Source: a virus. Taken from it: 64,000 bases of DNA. The stretch is from IMG/VR virus record IMGVR_UViG_3300005190_000020; one strand, given 5' to 3'. Of the stretch, positions 14,520-25,094 are shown in pieces (the first letter of the stretch is position 1; the number at the start of each line of letters is the position of its first letter). Below the pieces are notes generated by a model, which saw only the letters and a program-made list of their open reading frames with translations, was not told the DNA's origin and did no database searches. The position numbers and the translations under genes are program-made.

Positions 14520-16558
14520 AGTACCACCTCGCCAGCAGCTTTCAGTTCGTCTAACTTGGATTTAGGGCTTGGCATGTTGTCTCCGTCGATTCTGATAACT
14601 CCTTTTTCTTCTAGGTCTGTTGCTACACTTATGAAGTCGATGCTGTCGTCTTGGTACATTTGCTCAAGGTCGTTCAGGTTTGCTTCCCATGCGAACTCGT
14701 TCATTTGGTCGAGGACTTTTTCTTCTTCGTCTGTGATTTCGATGTCTGGTTTGTCGTCTCTTTGTTCCTCGATTTCTTCTTTACGTTCCTCTGCTTTCTT
14801 GATTAGGTAGTCTGTAACCTGGATTTCTGTGTTGAAGATGCTGTCTAGGAGTTGTTCGTCTGGCTCCATTCCTGCTTCGTTAAGCATGCTTGTTACTGTG
14901 TCTTGGTTGAACTCTCTGATTTCTGGTTTGTTGTCAACCAGTTTCTTCACGTCTGCTCCTGCCCAGTGTACGTACCTTCCGTCTTCGTAGTCGGTGTTAA
15001 TCAGTTGTAGTTCTTCTGTTTCTTCCAGTTTGTCGCAGGTCTCCTTTACCTTGTTTGTGGAGAATCCTGATAGCTGAAGTCTTAACTGTTGACGGTCGAT
15101 TGCGTCGTTTCTGTCTTCTGGAAGTTCTTTCAACAGTTTGATGCTTTCTTCGTCTGTCTGTGCGACTGTTGTGTCGATTAGTGTTCCCCAAATCAGTTTG
15201 GCTAGTTCGAAGTCTGCTTTGGTGACGAAGATGTGTCCGTCTCGTGTTTCACGGTTTTTGTAGTGGATTTTGGCAATCATACCCATTAACGTGTAGAAGA
15301 ACGGGTAAAGCCGTCTGTTGAAGTTTTGCTTCCAGTTGATTCTGAATGGTACGATTGGTTTGAAGTCTGGTGTGTTCTCTCTGATGTCTCTAACCATTCT
15401 CTGAATAACTACTGATTCTTTCGGTGTGAAGTCTAAGTCTCCTCCGAAGTTCAGGATGTCTTGCTGGTGCTGGTTTACTGTGTCGTCCTGTGCGCTACTT
15501 GCGTCAGGGTTTGTAAGGATGAACCTGTTTTTCAGTTGTTCGTCTTGAATGGTGTCTACGGATGTGAACCAGACTGTGACGTTTCCGGCTTCCATGGTTA
15601 GTTCAAGGATTTCCTGGTCTTTCACTGCTTCGTGAGTGATTATGTCTTTGTCTTGGTCGGTTAGAAGCCTGATTAGTTCGATTGCGTTTTCAATGTTTTC
15701 TCCTACTTCGTCGAAGTACACTAACTGATTGTCCATGAAGTCGGACGGGTTGTTCTGTGTCTTGTACTGAAGTGCTTTCGGGGAGAAACTTTCTTTCTGT
15801 GTGTAGGCTTCGTTTGGCAGGTATTTAAGCAACTGTCTTTTCAAGTGGCTTTTTCCTTTGCCTGACGGTCCTACTGCCCATGAGTGAATCTGTCTGTCAG
15901 CGCAGGTGGCGCTTAGTGCTGAGATAAGCTCCCAAATCTTCAGTAGGTGGTCTCCTTTGTGGATTTTGTTGAAGCTGTCAAGGTAGTACCTTAAAGGATT
16001 GTTTTTAAGTTGTTCCTGTGCTTCTGCTTCTGGGTCTCCTTCGAATGCTTCGAATCCAAGGAATTCCTTGACTTTTTGCTCTCCTTTGTCTGTAATGGTG
16101 AGCTTACCCTCAACTGAGAAAACGTATTGTGCTTGAGGGTCCATTTCGTCGATGATAGCCATTACTTCGTAGTCAGTTTGCAGTGCTTCGACTTCTAAAG
16201 TGCCTCCTGCACTCATTATGTGGTGAAGGATTTCATTGAAGTCTTCTTCCATGTCTCGTGGCTGGTTGTCTTCCAAGTCTTGTTGCTGGCCTGCTTTCTC
16301 TCTTATATCGTTTTTCAGCTTCATAATTTCTGTTTTCAGTTCTTCTTGTTCGCTGTCTTCAAGCTGATATACGTCTTGAATGTTGTTGGCGTACTCTGAG
16401 CAGCTTCTTCCTTTCACCTTGATTTTTTCGTCGTAGCCACTGCCTTCTTCTCCAAGCGGTTTGGCTCTGATTCTTGCCTCTACTTCGCCGCCTGGAAGTT
16501 CTCTAGGGTCTTCTACTTCAATGTTGAAGTTCCGAGTTTCTTTTTCTATTAGAGCCAT
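14516..16558 (-). CDS. large P-loop NTPase, putative replicative helicase/primase-helicase (SF3-like)
   Basis: Walker A VGPSGKGKSH, Walker B LVYFDEVGE, downstream FTSVD/ILTNP motif-C-like; 680 aa acidic. Confidence 0.45.
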   Translation of the reverse strand: MALIEKETRNFNIEVEDPRELPGGEVEARIRAKPLGEEGSGYDEKIKVKGRSCSEYANNIQDVYQLEDSEQEELKTEIMKLKNDIREKAGQQQDLEDNQPRDMEEDFNEILHHIMSAGGTLEVEALQTDYEVMAIIDEMDPQAQYVFSVEGKLTITDKGEQKVKEFLGFEAFEGDPEAEAQEQLKNNPLRYYLDSFNKIHKGDHLLKIWELISALSATCADRQIHSWAVGPSGKGKSHLKRQLLKYLPNEAYTQKESFSPKALQYKTQNNPSDFMDNQLVYFDEVGENIENAIELIRLLTDQDKDIITHEAVKDQEILELTMEAGNVTVWFTSVDTIQDEQLKNRFILTNPDASSAQDDTVNQHQQDILNFGGDLDFTPKESVVIQRMVRDIRENTPDFKPIVPFRINWKQNFNRRLYPFFYTLMGMIAKIHYKNRETRDGHIFVTKADFELAKLIWGTLIDTTVAQTDEESIKLLKELPEDRNDAIDRQQLRLQLSGFSTNKVKETCDKLEETEELQLINTDYEDGRYVHWAGADVKKLVDNKPEIREFNQDTVTSMLNEAGMEPDEQLLDSIFNTEIQVTDYLIKKAEERKEEIEEQRDDKPDIEITDEEEKVLDQMNEFAWEANLNDLEQMYQDDSIDFISVATDLEEKGVIRIDGDNMPSPKSKLDELKAAGEVVL

Positions 16559-16712
16559 AGTGTTTACTCGTTTGTTTCTTTTTCTACTTCTTCTCTTGCT
16601 TTTTCTATTTTACCTAGGACTTTTTCCAGGTCTTCTTCGTCAAGGTCGTCTAGTTCAAGTCTTTCAACGGCTTGTTCTAGGTATGCCTGTATTGTTGCTG
16701 CTGCGCTTTCTC

Positions 16713-16943
16713 TCATTCCTGAATCACTCTGGTTTCTATTACTTCTGACTGGATTTCAAGGTCGCTGTTGGTGATTAGTTCGTTGATTGCTTCCTGTGCT
16801 GTGAAGTCTTCTCTCAGTACGCTGTCAAGCATCAGCATCATGGCGTACAGTGATGTGTTGTTGTAGCTTACTTCGTCTTGCTCGGCTTTTCTGTGGATGT
16901 CGTCTTGCAGTTTTTCTAGTCTTTGTCGTGTTTCTTGGTTCAT
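16713..16943 (-). CDS. hypothetical protein (76 aa)
   Basis: ORF. Confidence 0.35.
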   Translation of the reverse strand: MNQETRQRLEKLQDDIHRKAEQDEVSYNNTSLYAMMLMLDSVLREDFTAQEAINELITNSDLEIQSEVIETRVIQE

Positions 16944-17125
16944 TCTTCTTCAAGCCTCCTACGTGTTTCAGAGAATACTACATTCATTTCTCTGAAGTTT
17001 GAGATTTTTTCTGTGATGGTTTCGATAAGTTCTTCGTGTTCGTCTGCGATTCGTGAGCGTTCATCGTCCACTACTCCGCTTACAAGGTCTTCTGCCTCCT
17101 CTTCTGGTGTTTGTTCCATAGTATC

Positions 17126-17422
17126 TTATACCTCTTGTGTTTGTACGGTTTCGTGTTTTGACATGTATTTGTATACTACGCCGCGTGATATATTATCATT
17201 GTCCTCAAATGTTTTAAGTGTGTGGTTCCATGCTTCTTCGGTGACTGTCATTTTTTTCAGTTTTTGGTCTTTGATGTCGAAGAATATGAAGTCGGTGGGG
17301 AAACCGCCTTCGTAGTCTTTTAGCAGGTTCATGTTTACACTGCTAGTATTGCGACTGTTGCTACGGTGATTGTAAGTGTGAGCGCTGTTGCTGCTTTTTC
17401 TGTTGTATTCATTCGTCGTCAC
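17126..17422 (-). CDS. hypothetical protein (98 aa)
   Basis: ORF. Confidence 0.35.
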   Translation of the reverse strand: MTTNEYNRKSSNSAHTYNHRSNSRNTSSVNMNLLKDYEGGFPTDFIFFDIKDQKLKKMTVTEEAWNHTLKTFEDNDNISRGVVYKYMSKHETVQTQEV

Positions 17423-18410
17423 CTCCGTTCATTTCGCTTTCGAAGTCTGGGTCTCTGATTCCTTCTGGGAAGATGTCGTAGTAGATGTCGCCTGGCGGAA
17501 TATTTGGAGAGTCTACAAGTTCTGCGTTGTAGCCTTTGCTTCCACGGCTGTCAAGTCTTAGCCTGAAACTGGATTGGTGTTCTAGTGTGCTTGGGCCGTA
17601 GGCGTATACAGGGTCTCCGTATTGGACGGCGGGGTCTTTGCCTGCTTGGTTTGTGTAGAATACTGCTAGGTTGTGTCCTGTCTCTGTTGAAGCCATTTTG
17701 CTGAGTTCGGCTAGCATGTTTCCGAGGCGGTCTGCTCTTTCTCCGTATTCTTCTCTTCCTTCGAACTCGCTTCTTACGTGTCCTACAAGTGAGTCGATTA
17801 CGATTAGTGCTACGTCGTCTAGGTCTAACTGTCTGGCTTCGCTTATTGCTAGTTCTTGGTCGTTTAGGTCTGTTGGTCGTGTGACGTGGATGTTGCCTAG
17901 TACTTCGTCTGGGTCCATGTCTAGTGCTTCTGCCATTGACCTGATTCGGTCGGCTCTGAATGTTTCTTCTACGTCGATGAAGATTATTTGGTCGCCGTTG
18001 TCGGCTCCTCCTTCGTCTTCTCCTCTTTGTGCGTTTACGCATAGTTGGAATGCTAACTGGGTTTTACCTGAGCTTGAAAGCCCGTATGCTTCTGTAAGGT
18101 ATCCTACTCCGATACCTCCTTTCATCAGTCCGTCGAAGTTGCTTGAACCTGTGCTTATTGTTCCCATATTATTTTGCTCTTTTTCGAAGTCTAAACCGTT
18201 TTTGTACCTGTTTCCGCCTCGCATTGCTTGACGTGCTTTCATTACGAGGTCTTTCGATTTTTTTTCGCCTAAAGTGGTGTGTTCGGGCAGGGTGTCTGGG
18301 TTGGCTGTTGCCAGTTTCCGTATTGTTCCTCGCCCGTTTTCTTTAAGGTTTTTGGCCGTTTTTGCGCCTACTCCTTTCAAGTCTTTGATTGGGTCGTCTG
18401 GTTCTACCAT
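17409..18410 (-). CDS. radA: RadA/Rad51-family recombinase with N-terminal HhH domain
   Basis: N-terminal LKGVGAKTAKNL HhH; Walker A GLSSSGKTQLAFQL; overall RadA architecture, 333 aa. Confidence 0.85.
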   Translation of the reverse strand: MVEPDDPIKDLKGVGAKTAKNLKENGRGTIRKLATANPDTLPEHTTLGEKKSKDLVMKARQAMRGGNRYKNGLDFEKEQNNMGTISTGSSNFDGLMKGGIGVGYLTEAYGLSSSGKTQLAFQLCVNAQRGEDEGGADNGDQIIFIDVEETFRADRIRSMAEALDMDPDEVLGNIHVTRPTDLNDQELAISEARQLDLDDVALIVIDSLVGHVRSEFEGREEYGERADRLGNMLAELSKMASTETGHNLAVFYTNQAGKDPAVQYGDPVYAYGPSTLEHQSSFRLRLDSRGSKGYNAELVDSPNIPPGDIYYDIFPEGIRDPDFESEMNGGDDE

Positions 18411-18414
18411 TTTA

Positions 18415-18744
18415 TCATCCTAGTACGTCGTCTTCAAGGTCTTCTAAACTTTTTGAGTCTTTTATTTGGTTGTTGCTGATTTCTTCAAGAAGTTCTCTTA
18501 TGATGTGGTCTTGTTTTTCTGCTTCGTTCATTTCTGTGACTCGTGCTTCAAGTTCTGCGCCGATGTGCTGACTTGCTTCGCTGAGCCGTCCTTGGTCCAT
18601 CATTTTAGGTACTTCTTCAAGAAGTTCTGTTGCGTCGATGTGCATTTCAAGTAGTTGTTTTAAACTGGTGCGTGTAACTTCGATGGTTTCGGTCATGGTA
18701 TACATTTGGTTCTTAACTTTTATATGTTTATGGATACACCGCAA
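18415..18744 (-). CDS. hypothetical protein (likely starts at internal Met near 18696)
   Basis: ORF; promoter motif at 18708-18726 ~20 nt upstream of the internal ATG. Confidence 0.4.
   Translation of the reverse strand: MRCIHKHIKVKNQMYTMTETIEVTRTSLKQLLEMHIDATELLEEVPKMMDQGRLSEASQHIGAELEARVTEMNEAEKQDHIIRELLEEISNNQIKDSKSLEDLEDDVLG
18708..18726 (-). promoter_or_regulatory. conserved promoter motif
   Basis: GGTTCTTAACTTTTATATG. Confidence 0.45.
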
Positions 18745-18777
18745 ATGTTTTTAATGTCGAAAACGAATATTTGGGTT

Positions 18778-19308
18778 ATGGGACGGAAGAACAAAGTTTT
18801 GAAGAACGGCTGGCCTTGTGAGTCAATGGTTCTTTCCCTGCATAACCAGGGGAAAAGCCTGCGTGAAATCAGTAACGAGGTAAGTGAACGTTTTAACACT
18901 GACATAAGCCATGAATCGGTTAAAAATTATTTGAACGAGCATAAAGATGAGAAACTTGCTCGTATGAGTGAGGAAAATCGTGGCTACATTGAGCAGGATA
19001 AGATTGAAAACATTATCGAGGTTGAAGACCGTTTAGAGCAGATGGATGAAATGCTTGAAACGATTATGGATGAAACCTTGAGTGAGCATGAGAAACAAGA
19101 TGTCGGACAGTTGCTTCAAGTGTTTAAAGAGATTAGAAACTTGATGGAGTTCCACAAAGAGTATATTGAAGATGCTACTACTCCTGACACACAGATTAAC
19201 AATGTTGAAGTTACAAACAACACTGCCATCCAGTTAAGTGAGAAACTGATGGAGTATGAGAAGGAAGGGATTATCGACATCAAAAAACCCCATAAACTTT
19301 CTAAATAA
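18778..19308 (+). CDS. helix-turn-helix domain protein (start taken at Met of MGRKNKV)
   Basis: NGWPCESMVLSLHNQGKSLREISNEV resembles a resolvase/terminase-small-subunit type HTH; rest acidic coiled-coil. Confidence 0.4.
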   Translation: MGRKNKVLKNGWPCESMVLSLHNQGKSLREISNEVSERFNTDISHESVKNYLNEHKDEKLARMSEENRGYIEQDKIENIIEVEDRLEQMDEMLETIMDETLSEHEKQDVGQLLQVFKEIRNLMEFHKEYIEDATTPDTQINNVEVTNNTAIQLSEKLMEYEKEGIIDIKKPHKLSK

Positions 19309-19351
19309 GAGGTGTTGATTTATCGGATTTAAGAACGGTATCTCCACTTTT

Positions 19352-19594
19352 ATGGATACCGCCCGTGAAAGCCGTTTGTGGCATAACGGGATTTACCAAG
19401 GTTTGAAAACGGGTTTTAAGACCCATAATCCTTCGAAGATTTACAGCCGTATGAAGATTAGTGAGTACGGTATGAAGGAGTGGTATGAGCAGGACGGCCA
19501 TTATTTTGACGTGCCGTTTATCTTGATGTACTTAGTCAGTACGGCTGTAGAACTTGGTCTGCTTGCTTTACTAGCAAGTTATTTAGGTCTTTAA
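19352..19594 (+). CDS. small protein with C-terminal hydrophobic segment (80 aa)
   Basis: ORF; C-terminal LVSTAVELGLLALLASYLGL. Confidence 0.3.
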   Translation: MDTARESRLWHNGIYQGLKTGFKTHNPSKIYSRMKISEYGMKEWYEQDGHYFDVPFILMYLVSTAVELGLLALLASYLGL

Positions 19595-19596
19595 GT

Positions 19597-20496
19597 TTAT
19601 TTGTAGGCTTCTGCGGTTAGTTCCGCAAAGTCCTCCCAGTATTCTTTATGGTTGTCAAGTGTTACTATTTCTTTTTCTTTGTTGTCGGGGTGGAAACGCC
19701 ATATTTCGGCTCTGTCTATGTAGTCTCCGTTCATATCCGGGCTTTCTAGTGCTGCTTGTGCGTATGCTGCTGCCTGGTATTTGTGTTTGTCGTATACGTC
19801 TTTACTTGTTTTAAGGTCTACTACTACGTGTTCGCCGGTTGCAGGGTCTTCGTATATCATGTCGGCTTGTCCTCCGTAACCTGAGTGTCCGCTTTCAGGG
19901 TTTTCTGGCAGTGCGAACATGTGTTCAACACTTAGTACGTCTTCCGGCGTTACGCCTTTTGAAAGCATTGTGTCTGCGAAAGCGTTTTTGAAGAAGTCCA
20001 TGTCTTGGTGGAATATGTCGGTTACGTCGTTGTCTTCGTTTTGTTTGTAGTCTTGGTATGCTGCCACGCTGTTTACCCATTCACGGTCTTTCAAAATGCT
20101 GTATTCGAAGTCTTGGTCGCCTGCCCTATTCATTATTGCGTTTAGGCTTTGTTTTTCGTCTTTGCTCCATAACTGGTCTGCGTGTGGATGGTGTTGTTCT
20201 AACTGGCTTAGGGCGGCGTAGTGCGCCATTGTACCACGGTTTTGTTTGTATTCTAGTATGTGTTCCCAGTCGGCGTTGTCGCCTTTTCCGTCGTTGGCTT
20301 CTTTCCAGTATTTTAGGTGGTCTGGTTCGCCTTCGTTTTTCTGGTCGAGGATTGTGGTTACTGAGTATACGTCTAGGTCAGGGTCTTTTTCGTAGTGCCG
20401 TCTTTCTTCTTCGTCTAGGTATCTTCTTACTTCTTCTAATTCCTGTTCTGCGTCGTCTGTTAAAGTTGTGTCCTCCAGTTCATCGGAGATGCTCAT
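19597..20496 (-). CDS. PD-(D/E)xK nuclease of the RecB/Cas4/lambda-Exo-like family
   Basis: GQADMIYEDPATGEHVVVDLKTSKDVYDKHKYQAAAYAQA: D...E.K catalytic triad spacing plus QxxxY motif. Confidence 0.55.
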   Translation of the reverse strand: MSISDELEDTTLTDDAEQELEEVRRYLDEEERRHYEKDPDLDVYSVTTILDQKNEGEPDHLKYWKEANDGKGDNADWEHILEYKQNRGTMAHYAALSQLEQHHPHADQLWSKDEKQSLNAIMNRAGDQDFEYSILKDREWVNSVAAYQDYKQNEDNDVTDIFHQDMDFFKNAFADTMLSKGVTPEDVLSVEHMFALPENPESGHSGYGGQADMIYEDPATGEHVVVDLKTSKDVYDKHKYQAAAYAQAALESPDMNGDYIDRAEIWRFHPDNKEKEIVTLDNHKEYWEDFAELTAEAYK

Positions 20497-20672
20497 TTAC
20501 CGCCGTAGAGCTTTTGTATGACGGTTTTAGTTTTTTGGAGAAAAGCGTGGAAATGGTTTTCTTTCATGTAGAAACTGTATATTATTCACTATATTAAATG
20601 TGGTTGTGGTTGTTTGTCGCAGTTAAAAAACACGATAAGGTATAAAAGTGTTGAGGTACATTAATTAAGTGT

Positions 20673-21092
20673 ATGTATCCAGAAGTTGAAGTTAGGCAAA
20701 ATAATTCGAACGGTCAAAAACTTGTAACAGTTCCAAAAGAATCTGATATAGAACCAGGTGACAAAGTTAGGCTTGTTAGTCTAGGTAAAAACTGGGATTT
20801 AATACCTACCCACCTTAAAGCCCACCACAACATAAGAGAGCTAATCGACCTTTCTGTAAAAGCTTCAAAACCTCTTAAAGGAGAAGGAGAAGAATTCAAC
20901 GATGTTGACGCTCATTTAGAAGAGGCGGGTAAACACATGGACAAAGCACTTGAAGTAATCGAAGATGAGAGAACTGTTTACGCAGATGTATCTACAGAAG
21001 AACTACAGGAAAGTTGTCCGCATAACAAGCTAGAGAAAGAAGAAAAGGGTTGGAGGTGTCAGGACTGTAAAAAAGTCCTTAACCTCTCTTAA
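20673..21092 (+). CDS. hypothetical protein with C-terminal zinc ribbon
   Basis: CPHNK...WRCQDCKK. Confidence 0.4.
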   Translation: MYPEVEVRQNNSNGQKLVTVPKESDIEPGDKVRLVSLGKNWDLIPTHLKAHHNIRELIDLSVKASKPLKGEGEEFNDVDAHLEEAGKHMDKALEVIEDERTVYADVSTEELQESCPHNKLEKEEKGWRCQDCKKVLNLS

Positions 21093-21097
21093 TTTTT

Positions 21098-21248
21098 ATT
21101 TGCAAGGCGAGAATCCGCATTCTAGGCAACGTGAGCAGCCTTCTGCGACTTCGTACTTAACTGAGTCGCATTCTGGACAGGTCTCTGTGTTGGGTGCCTG
21201 CATTGATGCTGGTCCGCATGTTGCGCAGCTTGTTTCTGTTTCTGGCAT
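21098..21248 (-). CDS. 50-aa Cys-rich zinc-ribbon peptide immediately after the RNR stop codon
   Basis: MPETETSCATCG...CPECDS...CSRCLECGFSPCK; starts 2 nt after the nrdJ TAA. Confidence 0.4.
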
Positions 21249-21250
21249 TG

Positions 21251-23506
21251 TTACTCACCTCCTTCAATTTTTTGCTTGACTTCTTCTAGGTCTTCGGTGT
21301 CTGCGTCGTCAATCCATTGAAGTACATCAATTTTTTCGATGATTTTGTTGTCTTTGTTGGTCTGCATTACTTGTGTGTCTCTGCTACCGTCTCGGTAAAC
21401 AGTCATTCCTTTAACTCCTTCTTCGAACGCTTTGATGTAGGCTTCTTTAACGTCTTCTCTTGTAGCGGTGTTAGGGAAGTTACAAGTCTTGCTGATTCCA
21501 CTGTGGTTGTGTTTTTGGAAAGCGGCTTGAATCTCGATGTGTTCTTCAGGTGTTACTTGGTCTGCTGTTGCGAAGTACTTCTTCACTCGTGCTGGAAGAA
21601 TCTCGTCTGAAATGCTTTGTACGCCGTTCCATTCGTTGTTCTCCATCTTGTCCTTAGCGTCTGCCTTGACTTTTTCTACGTCTACGTCGTTGTGTTCCAA
21701 TGCTTTCAGGAAGTAGTCGTCGAACTCGACGAGCATGTCCTCGCCTTGAATGTCTTTAGCCACGTTTTTGAAGTAGGCTAGGCTGAAGATTGGTTCGCAT
21801 CCTCCGGAAGTGTCTCCAAGCATGCTAGTCGTGCCTGTCGGCGCAATAGTGACCATGTTGTGGTTTCTGACTTCGTAGCCGTCACTGTGTTTTTCTGTGT
21901 CTACTTCTGGTGCGTACTGGTCGAACCAGTCCTCGTACTCTGTAGGGTTAGCCCACTTGGATTCATCCCAGTCAGGGAATTTGCCTTTGGTCTCCGCCAG
22001 TTTGTGTGACTCTTGGACGCTGAACTTTGTGATTAAACGCTGTACTTCTTTAGCTAGAGCAATTGACTCATCTGAGCCGTAGCGGACTCCCATCTGGATG
22101 AGCATCTGTGCGAAGCCCATAAGTCCTAAACCGATTTTACGGTTGGCTTCTGCTGTTTCCTTGATTTCTTCGGTCGGCCAGTCGTTCATGCTGACTACGT
22201 TGTCAAGGAATCGTGTGCCGGTTCTACAGATACGCTCTAGTTCGTCCATGTCAAGAGCTTCTTCAAGGTAGTTTCTAGCTGCTTCGTTAAGCTCGTCTTC
22301 TTCTGTGTCTCCGACTTTTACTTCCTTGTTAGGGAATAGTTCTGTGCTTAGGTACTCTTCGAACTTCGGTGCGTCTTCCTCGACCAATAGGCTTAGGTTG
22401 ACGTGTCCAAGGTTACAAGCCTCGCCGTTCATCAAGCCTTGTTCTCCGCAAGGGTTACAGGCCTCGATTTTTTTCTCAGGTTTCTGGTCTACGTCGTAGC
22501 TGTGCATGTCGTTGTACTCTGTGTAGTTGTAGAATCCTGGTTCTCCGTTTCTCCATGCGCCGTCTACAATTGCTTCGAAGATAAACTTGGCTGGTAGAGT
22601 GAATGGCTCTCCTTCTTCTACATTTTCTAACTTGTCTCTGTAAGAATCTACGTCGCTTTCAAAGTTGTCAGCGAAGTCACGCCAAAAGTTGTCGTCTTTC
22701 CCTGTGTCTGACCCTTCGGCCCTTGGGTAGTCCTCCTTGTTACTGCTGTAGAACTCGACTGTTTTCTTGCTGGTCTGGAATACGTCGTCTGTACGCGGGT
22801 TAATCAGTTCGTATTCTTCGTCGTTTTTAACTGCTTCCATGAAGTCTTCTGTGAATCCTACGCTTATGTTAAAATTAGATAGTTTGCCTTCTTTTCGTTT
22901 GGCAACAATGAATCGTAGAATGTCTGGATGGTCTACACGCATGATTCCCATTTGTGCGCCTCTCCTGACTCCGCCTTGCTTGATTGTTCCGCAAGTGGTG
23001 TCGAAGACTTCCATGAAGCTCATAGGCCCTGAACTGATTCCGCCTGTGCTTTTTACGATGTCGCCTTTCGGCCTTAACAAGTGGAATGGGTAGCCCATGC
23101 CTCCTCCGTCTTTAAATGTTAGTGCTGCGTCTCTGGAAGTGTTGAAAATGCTTTCCATGTCGTCTTCTGGGTGTAGGACGAAGCACGCACTTCCCATTTG
23201 GAGTTCGTCGCCCATGTTCATAAGTGTTGGGCTGTTAGGCATAAACTTGAGTTCTGTCATCAAGTTGTAGAACTCTTCTTTAGTGTCTTCGTAGTCGTAG
23301 TTCTCATTGTTTTTTGCTGGCTGTGCTACGTTTTCAGCTACTCGTTCGAATAGTTCTTCAGGTGTCTCGGTGACGTTGCCTTCTTCGTCTTTGTTGAGAT
23401 ACCTTGCAGGTAAGATTCTTTGGTATGCGTTCGCCGTCATTCTGTCTTCTAGGGTTTTGCCGTCTTTGCGTTTTTTTGGTAGTTCGAAATTGGATGGTTG
23501 TGTCAT
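21251..23506 (-). CDS. nrdJ: ribonucleotide reductase, class II (adenosylcobalamin-dependent, monomeric NrdJ type)
   Basis: 751 aa; N-terminal ATP-cone-less class II layout, conserved CNLG.. and C..E active-site segment (NPCGEQGL), typical length. Confidence 0.85.
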   Translation of the reverse strand: MTQPSNFELPKKRKDGKTLEDRMTANAYQRILPARYLNKDEEGNVTETPEELFERVAENVAQPAKNNENYDYEDTKEEFYNLMTELKFMPNSPTLMNMGDELQMGSACFVLHPEDDMESIFNTSRDAALTFKDGGGMGYPFHLLRPKGDIVKSTGGISSGPMSFMEVFDTTCGTIKQGGVRRGAQMGIMRVDHPDILRFIVAKRKEGKLSNFNISVGFTEDFMEAVKNDEEYELINPRTDDVFQTSKKTVEFYSSNKEDYPRAEGSDTGKDDNFWRDFADNFESDVDSYRDKLENVEEGEPFTLPAKFIFEAIVDGAWRNGEPGFYNYTEYNDMHSYDVDQKPEKKIEACNPCGEQGLMNGEACNLGHVNLSLLVEEDAPKFEEYLSTELFPNKEVKVGDTEEDELNEAARNYLEEALDMDELERICRTGTRFLDNVVSMNDWPTEEIKETAEANRKIGLGLMGFAQMLIQMGVRYGSDESIALAKEVQRLITKFSVQESHKLAETKGKFPDWDESKWANPTEYEDWFDQYAPEVDTEKHSDGYEVRNHNMVTIAPTGTTSMLGDTSGGCEPIFSLAYFKNVAKDIQGEDMLVEFDDYFLKALEHNDVDVEKVKADAKDKMENNEWNGVQSISDEILPARVKKYFATADQVTPEEHIEIQAAFQKHNHSGISKTCNFPNTATREDVKEAYIKAFEEGVKGMTVYRDGSRDTQVMQTNKDNKIIEKIDVLQWIDDADTEDLEEVKQKIEGGE

Positions 23507-23589
23507 TGTTTTTTATCCTCGTACTATCGAAAAAAAGAGAAGGAAAGTAAGAATTGGTTATTTTAATTGCATTTATGAACTTTTGGACT

Positions 23590-23796
23590 TTAGACTTCGC
23601 TGCTTGAACCGCCTAAAAAGAAGGCTGTTAGCAGGAATGCGGCCACCCATTCAATTATGCCGTATGAGGCAGTTGCTATTCCAAGTGTGTTGAGGCACCA
23701 GATTAGCAGTAGTGGTATGGCGACTAATGCTGCCGCGAAAATGGCTAGCATTAAAAGTCCGAGTGCAATTGTGCCGGCTGTGTCTAGCACTCCCAT
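23590..23796 (-). CDS. small integral membrane protein (68 aa, two TM helices)
   Basis: Hydrophobic throughout; promoter motif 23807-23828 ~25 nt upstream. Confidence 0.45.
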   Translation of the reverse strand: MGVLDTAGTIALGLLMLAIFAAALVAIPLLLIWCLNTLGIATASYGIIEWVAAFLLTAFFLGGSSSEV

Positions 23797-23806
23797 ATCT
23801 ATCAGT

Positions 23807-23828
23807 GGTTGTTTAACTTTTATATATC
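23807..23828 (-). promoter_or_regulatory. conserved promoter motif
   Basis: GGTTGTTTAACTTTTATATATC. Confidence 0.5.
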
Positions 23829-24014
23829 TAGGGGTAAAGTGTGCCGTACATTTTCATGTGTTTGATGCACATGTCTTGAAGGTTGTCTGTGGTGTCGGTT
23901 TCGCAGTTGTCACAGTATTTCTGCATTGCGTGTTCGATTTGTTCTACGCATTCTTGTTTGTCTTCTTCGTCTAGGTCTTCGGCGGCGTTGAAGTCCATGT
24001 AGAATATTGCGTGG

Positions 24015-24383
24015 TTAAATGTTATAAGCCTTACTCCTGGCTGTGGGGAATGAGTTGAAACGGTTGTATATCAGGGTTGTTGAGTATTCTCCTTTCTCTC
24101 TGTAGTCGCTTACCTTCATTAACCCGTCTACTTCGTCGTTGACTTTTTTCAAGTCTTTAAGAAGTTGTTTGTCTGAAATGGTGTTGCCTTTGCGTTGTTC
24201 TTTGTATATTCCTGCTCTGGCACGGGCTTCGTTCCAGGAGCCGAACCGGTTGACGGCCTGCCACGGGTTGTTGTCTCCGTGTTTTTCGTATTGTTTCTTC
24301 GTCATTGTTTCTCCGTCTGTACGCCTGTTTGTCTTGATAAGGTCTTTCAGCAGGTCGTCTTCGGTTGGCTGGTGTCCTGTCAT
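24015..24383 (-). CDS. hypothetical protein (122 aa)
   Basis: ORF. Confidence 0.4.
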   Translation of the reverse strand: MTGHQPTEDDLLKDLIKTNRRTDGETMTKKQYEKHGDNNPWQAVNRFGSWNEARARAGIYKEQRKGNTISDKQLLKDLKKVNDEVDGLMKVSDYREKGEYSTTLIYNRFNSFPTARSKAYNI

Positions 24384-24808
24384 ACTTCGAAACTGGTCTC
24401 TGCTTTAATGTCGTCTTCGTCGTTTTCGAACGGGTCGAACTCTGTTACCTCTCCTTCTGAGTCCAGTGACACCCAGAAACGCGGTCTCTGAGGATACTCA
24501 GGTTCAGGGAAAGGTCTCGGATTGGGGTTTGGGTCGATGTCAGGAACGTCTGAAGGCGTTACACCTGGCTCTGTTTTTTCTTCTTCCTGCATTTCCTTGA
24601 TTTCTTCTTTGAGTTCTTTGATTCTCTCTAGTTCTTTCCGTAGTTCTTTGATTTCGTCAAGGTTTACGACGTTGACTCCGATTGTAAGTTCTTGGTCTGG
24701 CATAAATTTTTTGTCACCTCCTTTATCTGTATCTTTTTTTGAGTACGATTTTTCCACGGTCTTTTTCTGTGGCATCGTTTTCGATGCTGTGGATTTCCTT
24801 GTCTCCAA
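24380..24808 (-). CDS. hypothetical acidic protein (142 aa)
   Basis: ORF; coupled overlap with neighbours. Confidence 0.4.
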   Translation of the reverse strand: METRKSTASKTMPQKKTVEKSYSKKDTDKGGDKKFMPDQELTIGVNVVNLDEIKELRKELERIKELKEEIKEMQEEEKTEPGVTPSDVPDIDPNPNPRPFPEPEYPQRPRFWVSLDSEGEVTEFDPFENDEDDIKAETSFEV

Positions 24809-25094
24809 TCGTTTTTAACTCGTTGAGTTTTCCTAGGCAGTACTGTCTTTCTGTGATGTCGGGGTTTGCTACTTCTTCGATGTGGAGAGCAAGGTCTTCG
24901 GGTATGGCTTCGTCTGGTATGTCGTGAAGCCGGTTCTTGATTTTACCTCTTTTGGTGTACCTGTCGTTTTGCCGGTCTATACGGTTTATTTCTTGTTGTA
25001 AACCTGTTGTGCATGTCGTACACATTGCCGGTTCTTCGACAGATTTTGGTTTGAGAATGGTTTCCTCGCATTTTACACATGTGATTACTGGCAT
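24723..25094 (-). CDS. zinc-finger protein (123 aa)
   Basis: N-terminal CVKC...CTTC. Confidence 0.4.
   Translation of the reverse strand: MPVITCVKCEETILKPKSVEEPAMCTTCTTGLQQEINRIDRQNDRYTKRGKIKNRLHDIPDEAIPEDLALHIEEVANPDITERQYCLGKLNELKTIGDKEIHSIENDATEKDRGKIVLKKRYR

Noticed and set aside
17551-18042. 163-aa Arg-rich minus ORF
   Set aside because: Alternative frame wholly inside radA; composition (R/P/T runs) typical of an off-frame translation of a GC-skewed gene.
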